49,650 nt of DNA from Bigelowiella natans CCMP2755 (Eukaryota > Protista > Cercozoa): assembly GCA_000320545.1 (NCBI GenBank), contig ADNK01003142.1, forward strand, positions 1 to 49,650, given 5' to 3'. A program made the position numbers and the translations under genes. Positions 22,910 through 38,211 of this stretch are shown here, piece by piece. How positions within the stretch are numbered: the stretch's first letter is position 1; every line of letters begins with the position of its first letter. Below the pieces are notes generated by a model. The model worked only from the letters and a program-made list of their open reading frames with translations. It made no database searches and was not told where the DNA came from.

Positions 22910-24987
22910 TTAACATTTAATGTCCTCATATCCCAGATGCAATACCTGCAGGCACGAATTCAAGCTGATGATGCTTTTGCTATAGCATTATTGTTTCAAC
23001 CTCTCCCGTGTTCTATCTCTCCCCGCCGCCGCCCCCCCCCCCCCGGGCTCTCCTCCCCGCGTCCACTCTATCCCTCTATCACCCCAAAACCATACTCGTA
23101 TATTCATGAAAATACCAACCTTTTGTGTTCCACAACGATGAGATCCGAATCTCGACGAAAAATCCTATGCGCTTTTCCTTTCCCTTTCAGTGTGGTCTTC
23201 AACTTAAACCCTGCCTCCTCCGCGCCATCGTACACGTACACCCGTGTCTCTTGGAAATTGTTGGAGAGGAGAAATATCCGCGTGACAAATTCCATTGAGT
23301 ATACAACGATATCCTGAATGGGGTCTTGATGGGAGGGCTCCACGCTTCGGACGAGAATACGATTCTGCTTGCTGAAAATCTTAACCTGCATTACTCCATG
23401 CGCGCTCCCGGCAGCGTATCTTCGGGCCAACGGGGGGAGGGATGGGAGAGAACGCTAGTATTAGTCTGACGAAATTCAAAGTGACTGTAGGAGAGAGTTG
23501 TGCGCAGAGGGGTTGAATGGTCCTTGAAATAACCGGTTGTGTATCATACACGTATAGATACGCTCATAAGGGAAAAGGTTACTATTCAATGCAGCACTCT
23601 AATGCTTGTGATGTGTTTATGAAGAAAAGCAGGCTTGGAAATGCAACGCTTACATGTATCTTCCATTGACGTACAGATCTCTGAATTCGAATTCCTCCTC
23701 GCTCTCAGTCATTATGTGCGCGGGAGTTTTGTATTGATTCTTCGCATATATTACTACACGTGAATTGCTTTCACGATTCGTGCTGCATCTATCCACGATG
23801 TAGATGAATGCCTCATCTGTACAGACCTTTTTCAAATGGGATATTGGAAATAAAACACCATTGCAATCTAGAGAAGAGTAGGTGGCACTGATATAGCGTG
23901 TTCTTCGCACCATCCATCGTATTCAAAGCTAGAAATTTGCAAAAAACTGCATATTTTGTATTTTTCATAAGTAGAAGACTAACAATGCTACTACCGGCAC
24001 AAACATCAGCATACGTGGAGGATTAAATTATTCAATATATAATTGCTGTGCTATTCCCCCATATTACCCTTGCTGGTCGTCGTAGCGTCGAAGCCCCCCC
24101 CTTACTCTTCCATGGAGTACCGATCAAGCCAACAATCTGCATATCAATGCAGGGTAAAGGACAAACATTTTTTTTAAAACAAACGGTAGTTGTTGCTTGG
24201 CGTTTGTACTTACTAGAACTTGTGTTAATGGCGCATAAAAATACAAGGAATTAGCATTTCAATATATTGACACTTTCAATACAACAAGGCATTAAGCACT
24301 ACTTCCTCCCCGAAGCATTTAAATATATCAAGTGACGTGGTCAGGGGAGGGAGGGGGGCGGGGAACTCACTGGAATGGTGTGCCTTTGAAAGTGGCTTTT
24401 GTTACGATAGGTCTCGTACATAAGCTTCTTGTCCGCAATAAATACGCAAGAGACAGTCGAATCAGCGATGTACAAGTGAGTCTCATCGCCAGCAACGTCG
24501 GTGATCGAGTTCAGCGAGACAGATTTCGTCGTGCCCACACGTGTCAAATCTAACCCACTGAACATACATGAGTCGCCTAATTCCATAGTCACAGGCGCGG
24601 CGCTATTGTGCGGCCGAATTTGAAGATAACGGCCACTCAGCGCGATAAACAAGACGTCTTCGTAACGCTTGGCATCGTCGATGTTCCCGGAGGGCGAGGG
24701 CGCCGTTACAACTTCTCTCTTGTTCTTGAGAAATCGGTAGAGATTTCGCTCAAAGACGGACTCGGGGTGTAGTCCCGCTTTTTCTTGCGACGCAAGATGC
24801 TTTCAATGACCTTGGTTTTCCGACCGGCTTTTGTTTTCGCTATCCTGGGAGGCGTCTGGACATCGGGAGTTGCGAGACAAACCACAAAGGCACTATTTCA
24901 GGTAAAGACCGATGCAAATTCTCCTTCTCGTAGGTAAATGTAAATATACATATATATGTATAATATATATATATTATATATATATAT

Positions 24988-25021
<34 letters not shown>

Positions 25022-28000
25022 ATATACATTGATTTTTTGAAAGAGTTTGACCGTGGAATCACACTCTCGCACAAGCAATACACCATTTCTTATTTGACGA
25101 ACAATCATATTACATGATTACAGAATCACAAGCAAACGTGCTGATACGAGCACGGGCATAACAAGAACGCTGCTGTTTATAATCAGGTACTCTACACGAG
25201 GGGCATGATCTTCTTCTTGACTCACAATAGCAGACTCTACCTTGCCACCATGAATCTTGTCAAAACTAACCGTTTTTGCCCACGTGGAGCCCTCCTCTCC
25301 ACGCATGATGGGAAAGACATATGCAGAGGCAGCGACTAGGAAGTTTTATTGAAACACATGGCTCAGAAACAACACAAACAACCGAAAACTCAACTATTCC
25401 TAGCCTTTAAAAAATTAGTACACGTACAATACATTTTTGCATCAACTAATAACGCTCATTCACCCTGTAGATCTCCTTCATTGCCGCCGTCCTCCTCCCG
25501 CCCTCCTTTGCTCTCAGCACTAGCATCCTTCAAAAGCACAACGCCTGGCGCGTTTCTGGACCCAACCGAAGTCGCCGGCCCCGCCATCATCATCAAAAGC
25601 CCCTTGCCTCTTATGCGAGTAATAGACTTGACGACGCTACTGCCATAACGCTTATCCCACTCTAAGGCGCGCGCCGTCTTTGAGCTCGGCGAAAAGAAAG
25701 GTGTACTCGAGGGGAGGATACCGAGCCCTCCATCGATCGTGGCAATTTTAAAACAAAAGACGGTTCCACTCTTCGTTGCGGCGAATATCACGTCATTTTC
25801 CAAGGCTATATCGGCATAGACCGGCGAGTACTCTAGCCGCCGCGCCCCAGAGAGAGCACAGGTTTCTTCAACTTCTCCAGTCTGCTGAGACCGCGCTATC
25901 GTCGGTTTTTTTAAGCCGAGATCGTTTGAATTCGCCTTGGTTCCAGCAAGAGAATCCGAAGCCTTGAGGGTGAGGACGGTGTGCTTTCCTTGCTATCGAT
26001 GCGCCAATAAAAGAAAGCATTGCATGATTAAGATTGGAGATTGAAGAACAGGAGGAAACTCTCGCCAGCTTTCGCATATATCGCGCATGGTCGTTGTTCA
26101 AAATCGTTGTACGTGGTATCGATCGAAAACCGAGAGAAACAGTGAAATATTGAAATGGAAATGGATTATAACCCGCCACAGAGTACCTTTTCAGAAGGCT
26201 CGTCGGAAGCTGCGACTTTCGCAGAAGACTCCGCCATCGCGTAACACTTAACAGTGTCATCACTCACCAACACCACCAGCAGTGCTGATGCTTCATCTAA
26301 AGCAAGCGAAAGCACGTGTTTCGAGCCGAATCGCAGCGTCTGAAGTCGTGTTAGACTTGGGTCTTTGGAGAAAACAAGGAGGCCGATTTGCGGTCCTGCT
26401 ACGTAAATCCGCGACGTGTCTTTTGCTAGCGAGTAGCTCCCCCCTCCTACGAGATCAACAAATCCGATGGCTCGTTCCAGCGCACAAGGGAACTCCGTGC
26501 TCGCGTTTTCGGCTTCGCTAAGGAATCCAATATAGGCAAAAATCGTACAATTTTGCAATGAGTCTAGCACCGTTTCTAGAGTAGTGCAGAGTGTACAAGT
26601 TAATTATTCTCGTGGTATCAAGGATGCTCATGAAACTACTAAGCTGTAGCTGTTTTGTCAAGAAGTACGGTTGCGAGGAGTTGATGCTGAAAAGGATTAG
26701 AAGCACTTTCCTCAATGTAATTGGAAAGATTAGGTCACCTCTTACAACACTAATGAAATCTTTGCATTTTTCACGCAAATACTGCATGCTTGTTTAATCG
26801 ATCGATAATAACCTTGCTAGTATCTCGTACACCCAGAACTTTAGAACCCCTTCTCCTTCATCTTTATCTGCAAAAATTAATATATGAGTCGAATATACAA
26901 ACAGAATAAAAAAATCAATATTTGCAATTTATATCATGTGAGTGCGAGACGATTGCTGCCGATTTGGACAAGTCAGCTGGTCCTTCATAACGCTGCTTTC
27001 ATAATAGCATTTGCATGTTGATTGGCAATTTATGAACATTATCGACGAGAACCGCAGCGTTAAACAATCCTCTCCAAAAATTATTTTGTTTACATCGACG
27101 ATGAGGTGTCTTTTGAGAGTATGGAAAATTCCCTCTAGGACGAGCTTTCATTGGATTTCGCTACTGAAATTAGTTAAAATACCGTTAATTTTTGCTCCTT
27201 CCATCGAAGCAGCATCTTGGTTCTTCACCACTTTCCTCTTCCGCATCCCTCTAGGCTCGTATATCAACAAGTATAGGTAGCTATTGCCACCCTCCCTGGC
27301 CAAGTCCAGGCATGCACTTAGGCATTGAGCACCCTCCTTAACAATGATTGAAACAATGAATATTGTCATCAACGATTGCTTGAAAACACTTAGATTCCGA
27401 AAGGTAGTAATAGTGCTGCTAAATGGATAATATCTCCTCAATTCAATGTAAAGATTCATAGAGCCAGAGCTGCATTCTAAGATTCGGATTGGCGTTTTTT
27501 AGACGAAAAAGTGCGGCTTCGCCATACACTCAACCTGCTTGGGTTGATGTCCCTTTGTTTCTTTTTCTTCCTTTCTCTCCCTCTTCTCTTTGTTGCTGCG
27601 TTGGCTAACGACTTTCTCCTTTGAAACATTGCTTGGAGAGGACTTCGAGGTCTAGAACGAGGTAAGGTAGAGGAGTTTTAGAGATATCTCTTTATCACTT
27701 TTCCTCTCTCCCACTCTCTTTTTCTCGTATTATCTCTCTCTGTGTGTGTATACGCGTGTGTATACGTGCGCGCGTGTGTGTGTGTGTGTGTGTGTATGTG
27801 TGTTGCATTTATATACTATACATTATCTTGAGCGACGCCTTCTCTTCCACCTCCTCCCTCTCCTTTCCCTTCCCCTTCAAACTGGCCGAGAGGAATCTGG
27901 CCGACGTCAATTTCAAACACCCTGGCGTTCTCCTCGGCGTCTCGCAACAATGCCTTGCGCAGATCGTACGCTACAATGCGTCTTGAACCAGCGCACAACA

Positions 28001-29220
28001 CATAGCCGCGGTTGTTTTGGTAATATTCGTAGTCGTCATCAAAGCCGCAATTTGACGATTGCAGATACGAGCGCACGCAATCATGCAGCGAAATGGCGCC
28101 ATCAACAAACTCTTCGCCCCGCTTGGTCGCGATAGAGTCAATGATATCCGAAGCAATGTTCTTGTGCGACAAGGGTTTGCCTGAGTTGTTGGGAGACGTC
28201 TTAGTAGTCTTTCCATGCGATTCTCTTATCTCTCCATTAAAATACACGTACAAATATAAACACACACACACACTGACTGCCTTCGCTGCCAATTAAAACA
28301 TTATCTACATAATTCTTCGATCCCCCAACACGGCCCATAGCGGTAACCACGAAACTATAACACGACATCTTTACAATTCCTTCGCTAGCTCCAAGTCCAC
28401 ATAGACCCCCGTAAACGCATCATTACTACAAATCACACGGAGCGATCACCGCATGAGCACACGAAGAGACTCTCTACCGTTGAAAACAAATCTCCACTCG
28501 TCGCGCGTAGTCCGCACAAGTTGGTTCCAGGAGGCTGCCGTTATCTTGTCCCATTTGCAGAACTGACCCATTCTCGGCCTTTTCGCCGTAACGAAGACGC
28601 ACGCGGCTTGACACGGCGCCATTTGCGCATCTTGATCAGGCAGGCCGATCCTGACAGTTGTTTGGATTTCCCAAGAAACCAATGGTTAGGGGGGGCGGGT
28701 TGGCCGAGCGGGAATTTAAATAGGAATGAAAAGACGTGGTGTTTGTTGGATAACTATTGTATCTAATAACCCGACTCGATTTCGCGCAATCGTCCATCCT
28801 GCGGCATTTCCAAAACCAGGTCCACGCTCTCCGTTTCGCGTCCCATCCACAACTTGAGCAGATTTCCTGGATTTCGATCAACAACAGCCTCCACTCCCCC
28901 CCCCTGAAGGGACTGGGCCCTTACCGACTGGCGGTCTAACGATGAGGATAACGCTGCTGATGATGACGGATTGAGCGCGACAACGACCGGCGAAAGCACG
29001 TCTACTGCTCGCTTTTGAGGGGGGGAGGTCACTTCTATAAGACTTCTTTTGCTCGAGAAATCGAGCCTTCTTCTGTCGCTATTTGCGTGTGCGTCTTGTT
29101 CCGATTTATGCGTTGTAATGAAGGCTTCTTTCGCAGAAATCAATGCTCTTATCGCTCCACGAACATCCGAGTCGTCCTCCGCTATCTCACTGAGAGACTT
29201 GTTAATAACACAACAAATGC

Positions 29221-29256
<36 letters not shown>

Positions 29257-29516
29257 TTCAGAAAAATATTATATTTACCCAAATTAAAGAATCGTTGTGC
29301 TGATAGAATTACAAAATTAAGATATGCAAAACACACAGCGCTAAAAGCTACACATCAGCGCGCATACACATCAGCATTTCAATCGCCAAATATGCTATCT
29401 AATACAAGTGAGGATCATCGTCATTACAAACGACAAGATTAATTTCAGAAATAATTACATCACACGCAAGAATTGAAACACATTCTTGTTGCTCGTGTCT
29501 TCGTTAGCATCATGAT

Positions 29517-29559
<43 letters not shown>

Positions 29560-30905
29560 TGTAAATATACAACGAGAATGTGACTACCAAACGTCCTTTC
29601 CTCCCCTTCGCCGCTGCCTCTCGCAGCCTCCTCAATTTGAGAACAGATGCGACGCGCGAATCAAAGACATCTGCCCGGACGCTTGGAAGCTGCTGCCTCA
29701 GCGTGCCAAATGCCCTCACCCAGTCTCCGCCGGTGCTGGCCAGCAAAAGGCCTTGCAGCGCGCGCGCGAGCTCGGTGTGCTGTGTAGAGCGCTTGTGGAT
29801 TTCTACCAAGACCTCAAAGTCTCCAATCAAGCGACCGTCTGTATCATCGTCCTTACTGCGATGCAGAAATAGAGTGGACAGTACTTCGTCGCTTGGGACT
29901 TTGAATTCCTTTTGAATGAAGGCGAGCGTGTGAGAATGCAGCATATCGGTAGTGTATACATGTAGATTGCACGCTCGGCGGGTGTCATTTTTGGTATAGT
30001 AAAAACGAACCACACGCCGTGAAAACTAGAATTAAACACGTCCAGATTGAAGCGTCACTGCTCGCTCTAGCGACGAGAAAGCAGAGAAAAGGGAAAGTAC
30101 CACTGTGTTTGCAATTAGTCAAACGTTTCGCGAAGAAACTCATACGAATAAACCGCATACATCAAACCGACACGAAATAACTTTTTACACGTTCTTCCCC
30201 ATCCTTCTGACAGCCGATTCGCACCCACATCACACACCGCCAAGCACCATATATTCGTACAAATCAACACGCATTGTTTTTCCCCACCAGTGCACCCGTA
30301 TTCGGGATGCTGTCTGCAATTTGAAGTCCTTTAGGCGAATTCATCGTCCCAAAGGCAGTGAGGCCTCCGGATTGGTTTTTGGGGGTCAGGTATATCGAGC
30401 AAATATCGTTCTCTGCGTGCAAGCTCCCAGAATCCCAGCAAATATGCACCTGCGGCGAAGCAAGACAAATCAAAACATGAAAGGGACAGCTTCGGGCAGA
30501 AAAGCAAAAGACAAGATATTTATGATTTAGACAGCGATGCACTGCTGCTCCGCGCATGCTATGGGCGCGTTGAAATTACTCGCAGTGAAATTCATCAAAA
30601 CGTACAGTTTGGCCAGCGATCCATTTCGCAGTTACGTCGGGGTTGGGGGAGAGTATGAGGCCTTTTGCGGAGCTTTCCTCTCCTCGTCGTTTCTTCTTCT
30701 TATCGATCTCGGCGAAGGCGCTCTTATGTACAACACCGGTAAAGACGTTGATGCCTGGGATGGTTATAGCGGAAAGTATAGTAAGGCGGGCCAGTATTTT
30801 GCACGGATTTAAATAAAGGCTATGCATGGTTTTGTAACTTAGAGTTATGTATAATATCACGATTAATACTGCAAGCGTTGTGCAATGCATGAATCCGTGT
30901 GAGAC

Positions 30906-30943
<38 letters not shown>

Positions 30944-31405
30944 TGTGTGTGTGTGTTAGTAAAGTGTACGCGGAGAGGGGCTACACGGCCAAGAGAAACT
31001 ATTAAAAAAATAGACTCTAACTACATGACGCTGCTCTGCATCTCAAGAACACATCTCAATACGCCTCTACACTAAAATCCAAAGACAACTTACTAGTGCA
31101 GTTATGGGCCTCCCCCGACATGATTTGGCCGACGAATTTCCACGTATTTCGCGTCCAGATACTCACACCAGAGCACGGATATGCGCACACCGCGTATACA
31201 TATTCCTTGTCAATCTGTTGGTTTTCATCGAAAATGCGATGAATTTGGGGAGAGAAAGGGGGGGGGGAAGAGGGGATTCCAAGGTTTACTTTGACTCTGT
31301 AACTCTCACTTTCGCCGTTTATTGTCAATACAAAGACGAGAAGGATTGAAGAAGGAAGAACGATAGAATTCCCCGATAGGCACATCTCGCAAATATCCAT
31401 TATGA

Positions 31406-31449
<44 letters not shown>

Positions 31450-32408
31450 TTTATTTATTTATCTATCAAAGATACCGCTATTGACATCGGCGATGCGAAT
31501 TGAGAGGTAGCGGCAAGTGCGGCGACGAATGTGCCTTTATCTTTAGAGCACACTAGAATCCTACTGTTTCCTCGATCCGCAACGTACAAAAACTTCTCAT
31601 CCACACGAATACCGTGAGGGCGATTTAAGTTCGTTTTCCAGCTAGATTTATCGCGCAGCACCTTCACAAACTGTGTTATTGGCGAGAAGAGAGAGAAATA
31701 ATAGATATTGAATATTATACATATTTATCAATGTATATTTTTTAAATAACATATATATGTATGTTAATTAATATTAATTTAAAGTATATAATTATATTTA
31801 AATTCGTAATGCGAATATATACTGTATATTCACGTCATTTTATCTGCTGCAAACGTAAATGTAGCAGACAACTCATGTATCATCTGTCGGATTACCACTA
31901 GAGCTGCATACTACACGCATACTACTATAGAATAACATTTGTACACGTAATACACACACACACACACACACCATATATATATATATATATATATATATAG
32001 ATATATGTGCGTGTAAATATATACATATCAATAAATTTACATAAATACACATCAAAGAGGTAGCTCATACCGTAAGAGATTGTTTATGGTAAACGCTAAT
32101 TTGGGAGGGGCTCGTATGCGTCACGTAGGCAAAACGCTCATCAACAGCAATCGAGTGAGGATTCCTCATAACGTTCTTCTCCTGACTCATTCCTTGTGTT
32201 TGTTTCCAGTCGCCTATATTTTCCACTTGCAAGGTCCTCGCGTTAAACCGAAAGCAGCAGTGACCGAGTACATCTGTGACGTAGTAGTACCTTGCCCGGT
32301 CGTTTACGAGAGAGAACAGAAGGCGGGATTTGGGGGGGGGGGGGGTCAGGGGAGACATCGCATTTGGCGGGACAGTTGAGTCATTATAGACTTTTAAAAA
32401 AACAAATT

Positions 32409-32448
<40 letters not shown>

Positions 32449-33018
32449 AACAACACATGTAACACACGTATTATGCAAGAGGCTTCTATGTGCGTGCGTG
32501 TGTGCTTGTAGCTCAATATATTCTATAAAGCCTATCTAAGCAGCAGCGCCGCAGTGGAACCCTACCTAGAGTCCCCAGCGACACTTTGAGGCAAACGCAA
32601 ACCTTGCGCGACCAACGCGCCGGCAATTACATTGGCTCGCAAATCAACGACGATGACTCTCTTCTGAACGGACAAGACGACTAGCATTCTCCGTCGCTCT
32701 GTATCATAGTGAGTAGCGGTTGGCGTTCGGAAAGCTCCCAGTATGCTCTCGACGTCCGCGCGCCATTCTCCTAACATGGTAAACGCCGGCGGTGATCGAG
32801 CATCGTTGCGCGCAGCTTGGTCCCGCTGAGTCTGAATCGGTCGCTCAAAAGCTACTACGCGTTCCGAGCGATAACGTGTCAATACCTGCGGTAAAAACAC
32901 TAAAAATTCAATGGACGACCTCTATGTTCTGCTTTTCGCTAGTAGCGTATAACACAATACATGTGTGTGTGTGTGTGTGTGTGCGTGTGTGTGTGTATGT
33001 ATTATATATTTTATATGA

Positions 33019-33052
<34 letters not shown>

Positions 33053-33069
33053 TTTTATATATATGCCTC

Positions 33070-33111
<42 letters not shown>

Positions 33112-33482
33112 TATTTATTTATATCATATATATATTTTCAATAAAGAAAGGGCAAAGGCGGCCTCCTCAAGGTTCTCCCAGACGGATCATCACAAATCCT
33201 CATATTTGCGCGCGGACTATCCTCTAAAAGTTACAACCAGAATTTGCTGCAGCTCGGATTTCCCTGTGTTCTCAATGATCTTCTGGTAGAGCATATTCTC
33301 TTCGTCAGCAGCTTCCAGTCGGCTTAGCATATAGCGGCATTTCGTCATGCAATTAGCAAAGGGCTTGTCGCGGACCTGTGTTGTTATCGATGGTGGGGTT
33401 TCTCGATGAATAGATACACGTATCAGCACGGTTTTTTGTCCGTTTAGAAATATACATTCTCGCATATCTACATTACATGTAT

Positions 33483-33520
<38 letters not shown>

Positions 33521-35095
33521 ACATAAACTATATTAATTATGCACAATATGCTTTACACTTCCAGCCTATCCCTAGTGAGTCCTTTCTAAACAAAGCTTCT
33601 CTCATTTTCCCTCTCTCCCCCCCTCCCCCCCTTCACCCCCCCGCCCCACAGCCGCACACGGCACCACACTGAGTGAGAACAAGTCGTCTCACCGCGAAAG
33701 AGTCGCTCTCGGTGCCGCACTTGGAACACGCTTGCTCGGAAAGCTCGTTCAACGATGAGCACAACACGCAGGCCCACATGGCTGATGACAGACGCTTCAA
33801 AACCGGTAGGTTGGGAGGGGGGGGGTGCATCAGCTCGCTCTTAGTTTCTCGCGCGTGTTTCTTCTCCCCTGCCCCCTCCCCATGTCTCCCAGTTTTCGAA
33901 AGGCCGTCATCACGGATTTCTGCGCTAAGGGCAGGGGGGTTCATAGAGGGCCTTTCCGTTTGAGCATGGCCTCCGACGCAATTGCGAGCCTCTTTCACCC
34001 GAGCTTGCTCTTGGTTTGACGCGGGGCGGAGCTCAGCTCGCATGCCTCTTGTTGTTCTTGCTTTCCCCTGCAACCTGTCATTAGCAGCTGGGCCGTTATC
34101 AAGGCTTATTTCGAGCTCCTCATTGACGATGACAGGGTCTACTCGTGACCTTTGCCGGCCCAAGCTTGGCAGCATTCTTGGCAAACTAGACTCTGGCGCG
34201 TCCTCTGATGCAGCACCATCTCCAGCGACGAAATCATTGCTCTGCTTTTCCTTCTCTTCGGAGCGCTCCTGGCTGCGAGGACTCGTGGTTTTCGAGTCAC
34301 TTTCAGCGGTTTCCGCATCATCGTTGCGCTGCGACACTAGCAGTTTGAGATCGTTCCAGAGGCGTCTCGTCGGTGAGACCTCGCTCCTTCGCGCAATAGG
34401 TATGTGGTAGTAAATACTCATTGGGTGGCTTCTCCTCAGCAAACCAGCTTCGGAAAGGTGAATGGCTGCTGTCATCAGTGCCCTAGATTGATATTGAAAC
34501 AGGTAAAAGGCAAGAAGAGTTAGGGGGGGGAATGGGGGGGGGGGGGGCGTTATCAGTAATAACAGAAGAAGTGTTCTCTATTCATAATACCTCTCCGCAG
34601 CGGCGGCTTTGAGCCTCGCTTGAAGCGTACGCGACAGAAACGTTCGAAAGGCCCCTTTGCGATTGCTCGCAGTTTCATCGGGTACATAGTGGGGTGCGCC
34701 GTCCACTTTCCCTTCGCACTGAGAGGTGAAATAACCACTCTTCGTCTTGAGCGGGGCTTCTAAGATCTCGTGCAGCGACTCGGTGCATCTCTCCAGTATA
34801 CTTTGTTGGCGCTGATGGGAAAAAAACAGACCGAAGAATCGCATCAAACCACGGAGATTAGCCATTTTCGCAGCGCATTTTCTGCGCATTTGAAACTGCT
34901 GCTAGTAGTGTTTCAAATAACTTTTCCATCAATCACATCTCTCCCCGAGTAGCTCGTGCGCGAGTCCAGGTTGATAGAGCTACCTGGAGAAGGCGGAGAG
35001 GAGGCGTGCCGATAGCGAGGAAGGTTGTCATCGCGTATGACCAAGCTAATGTCCGGCGGCAGAATAGCTGTTTGAATAGAGGAGGTTAGGATCAA

Positions 35096-35159
<64 letters not shown>

Positions 35160-35262
35160 TTTATATATTGAGATAATAGGTGAAGAACACATATGAAAAA
35201 CGGGGACCGATATTCGCGCGAGAAAAACAAATCCCACAAAATACACACACACACATATAGAG

Positions 35263-35305
<43 letters not shown>

Positions 35306-35993
35306 GAGAGACGGAGAAATATTAACGCGTGAAGTTTATTCCGAGAAGAATACACGTACACACAAGATCATCATGCTAAGTCGCCACGCCTACCACTCTC
35401 CGCATCGCCGATCGAAGCTGCTCTTTCTCGTAGGGGGAAAGACTTCCGGATGATGAGGCCAAGTCCTGAGCTATCATGTTTTCAATATTGCTTCGATTTG
35501 ACTTCAAGTGCAGCAGTGCTTTCATCGAGCCGTGAAAGAGCTTGCCTGGTCAAATATCACACATATGATAATGGCATTCCGACGCACCCAACTTCATAAA
35601 AACCAAACATAGAATGCAGGTGAAAAGCCTGAGAGTTACCAAGATACTCTGCGGTGCTACTCCAATCTTACACAATAGTATACACACGGTATGGTTGCAA
35701 ATTGCTTGGAAAGTAAAAAGAAATGCCTATTTCTATGGATACGCACTATAAAACAGCAAGCGCTCTTCATCAACGCTGCCAAATATCTTGATTTCATGTG
35801 TATCCCAATAGCCTTCCTGAGCCGTTTTAGAAGAGGGGTGGGAGAGAGCAGAGGGAAGACTAGTGAGGGTTCTTGCGGCATGGTAGCAGCTCATTTCGAG
35901 TTGGAGTGGAGAAATCAAAAAGTCCGCCATTAGATATCGAGACATCTAGAAGGACTTCAGATATGTATATATGTACAAATCATATGTACATGT

Positions 35994-36028
<35 letters not shown>

Positions 36029-36118
36029 ATGTATATGAGTTTATGCATATATACATGTATGAACCCATGAATATATTGACTTTAACAATATGTGTTATTG
36101 TAATTATAAACAACAACA

Positions 36119-36160
<42 letters not shown>

Positions 36161-38171
36161 AGCACAAAGTAACGACCTTCCTCTTTCTCTCAAGGACGCG
36201 CCTCTGTATCTTGTTTGCATTCTTCATATTGCACACCGTGTGGCCTCTCCATTCGCCAAGGCATATCCAGCAAAACTCGTGTCCGCACCCTGCGGCGTTA
36301 GGCGAACATGTCATGTGGTTGCACCCCTGGTTCTTTTCTATCCATTTGAGGCATCTTGGGCACGGCTTCGCTCGCAGCAGCAGCCATTGCTCGGTCTCCA
36401 CAGCGTCCTGGAATGTTGTTTGCAGCGAATCTATTCATTCACGGGTTTGGTTTTTTTGTTTTTTGTTGTGCGCGAGCAATGCGCGCTCTATAAGATGTTC
36501 CGAACCAAGGGAAAAAAAAGCGGCGATCTCGCGTCACGACATCTACTGCTAGCTTGCCCCCACAACGCACGAGTGTGGCGGCGGCGCGGCGCGACCTTCT
36601 TCATCTTCGCCTGCAGCTTTCGCTTTGTTTCCAGAGCCTCCTGCTCTTGCTGAGTCATCTGCTCAAGATCGATCATCGAGCTCCGCCACCTGCTGACAAG
36701 CGCGCACGGCAGCGGCGCGTGGGCCTCCCTGCTGCAAAACCGGCAAAACGAGAAGCTGCACACGCAGTGTAGGTCGGGGGGGTCGCCGTCGCAGGGAACC
36801 TGCGAGACAATGGGGAGAAAGCTGCCGATTAGCCGCTAGTCATCATCATCGGAAAAAACAGCGCATTGTCAAATTTCCCCACGAGGCGGGGCTCAATGAA
36901 CCTTAAGTGCTCGCCCGCACCCAGCAGCAGGACACCAAACAAGGCTCTTGGACTTATCAACGTAGTCGGAGTTCAGGTATGCGTCGTATTTCTTCAGCAG
37001 GTCTACCCCCCCCGCCGCCGCGGGGGGGGGGGGGGGGGGGAACCCCGCGAAAAATTGGGGGGAGACCTTCCACCGGGATTTGTGGTACATGCCCATGGCG
37101 TGTTTTGGGGCCTGGCGGGGGGGGGGGGGGCCCCTCTGAGGGGGCTTCCGGCACCCAACACAAAACCTGTGTTTGCACGTGGGGAGGGAGAACGTGTCCT
37201 TTACAAGCACGTGCTCGTAGCAGATGCTGCAGAGTAGTTTGGCCTCGGGGTCAGTGCGTTCCCTCTTCAACTCGGGGTAGACGTCGCTGACGATCAGGCC
37301 GGCGACGCGCCGGACATCGGCCGCGCTGGCTTCCCAGGCGACATCGAGAGTGTATCCTGGGCGAAGATCCGGGGGAGAGATCAGGATCGCAAAGGACGGA
37401 GAAAGGACAATTTGCAATCAGAATGGCAACGACGGGTTGCGAGGAGTTCTTCCGATATGATGGAGGTTTGTATCAATAGAATAGATCGTTATTTCAGTGT
37501 GGTGGAGGAGCCATTCAATGGATACACGCACCCACACACACACACACACGCACACAAACACACACGCGCGCGCGCGCGTGCATATATACTGACATAATAT
37601 ATTGACTACATTTTAGTTAGTATTCATGGAAACAGCTTTCGCAACGTTCATTCGTTGGCGCTGTAGCTGCATATGTCTGTGCGTGTGTGCAATAAGTCTG
37701 TGAAAGATAAAATATTCGTTTTTTTTATAATAGATAATCTCGTAAACACTTCAATTCTCAAAAAAATAAAAAACAAATATTCAAAAAAAAAGATTAGCTT
37801 ACTATCCCAGTTGAAGTGGCGCAGGGCTGCAGCTGCCTCTGCAATCGTCAGATCGAGCTCCTCCGCCACTTCCATCACGCTTTGCGTTTGTTCTCGCCGA
37901 AGATCTGCCTGGCCAAGCACTTTCGTATTCAGTGCATTTGTCAGGCGGTTCAGCCTCGGATTGTTGATTTTGCTGATCTCCGCGTCGATAAGTGCCTCTA
38001 AGGCTGCTAGTTTGGTTGGAGCTTGGGCGAGTTGTGATTGTACTCCTTCCTCCTTTTGCTCGCCTTTCGTAGCCAGGCCATCATTGCTTCGAGGCTTCTC
38101 GTGCGCGGCGGTTGCGTGGAAGATCGCGCTGAATTTACAAAGGTTGGTTTGCCGATATTGTTCCCATCGTT

Positions 38172-38211
<40 letters not shown>

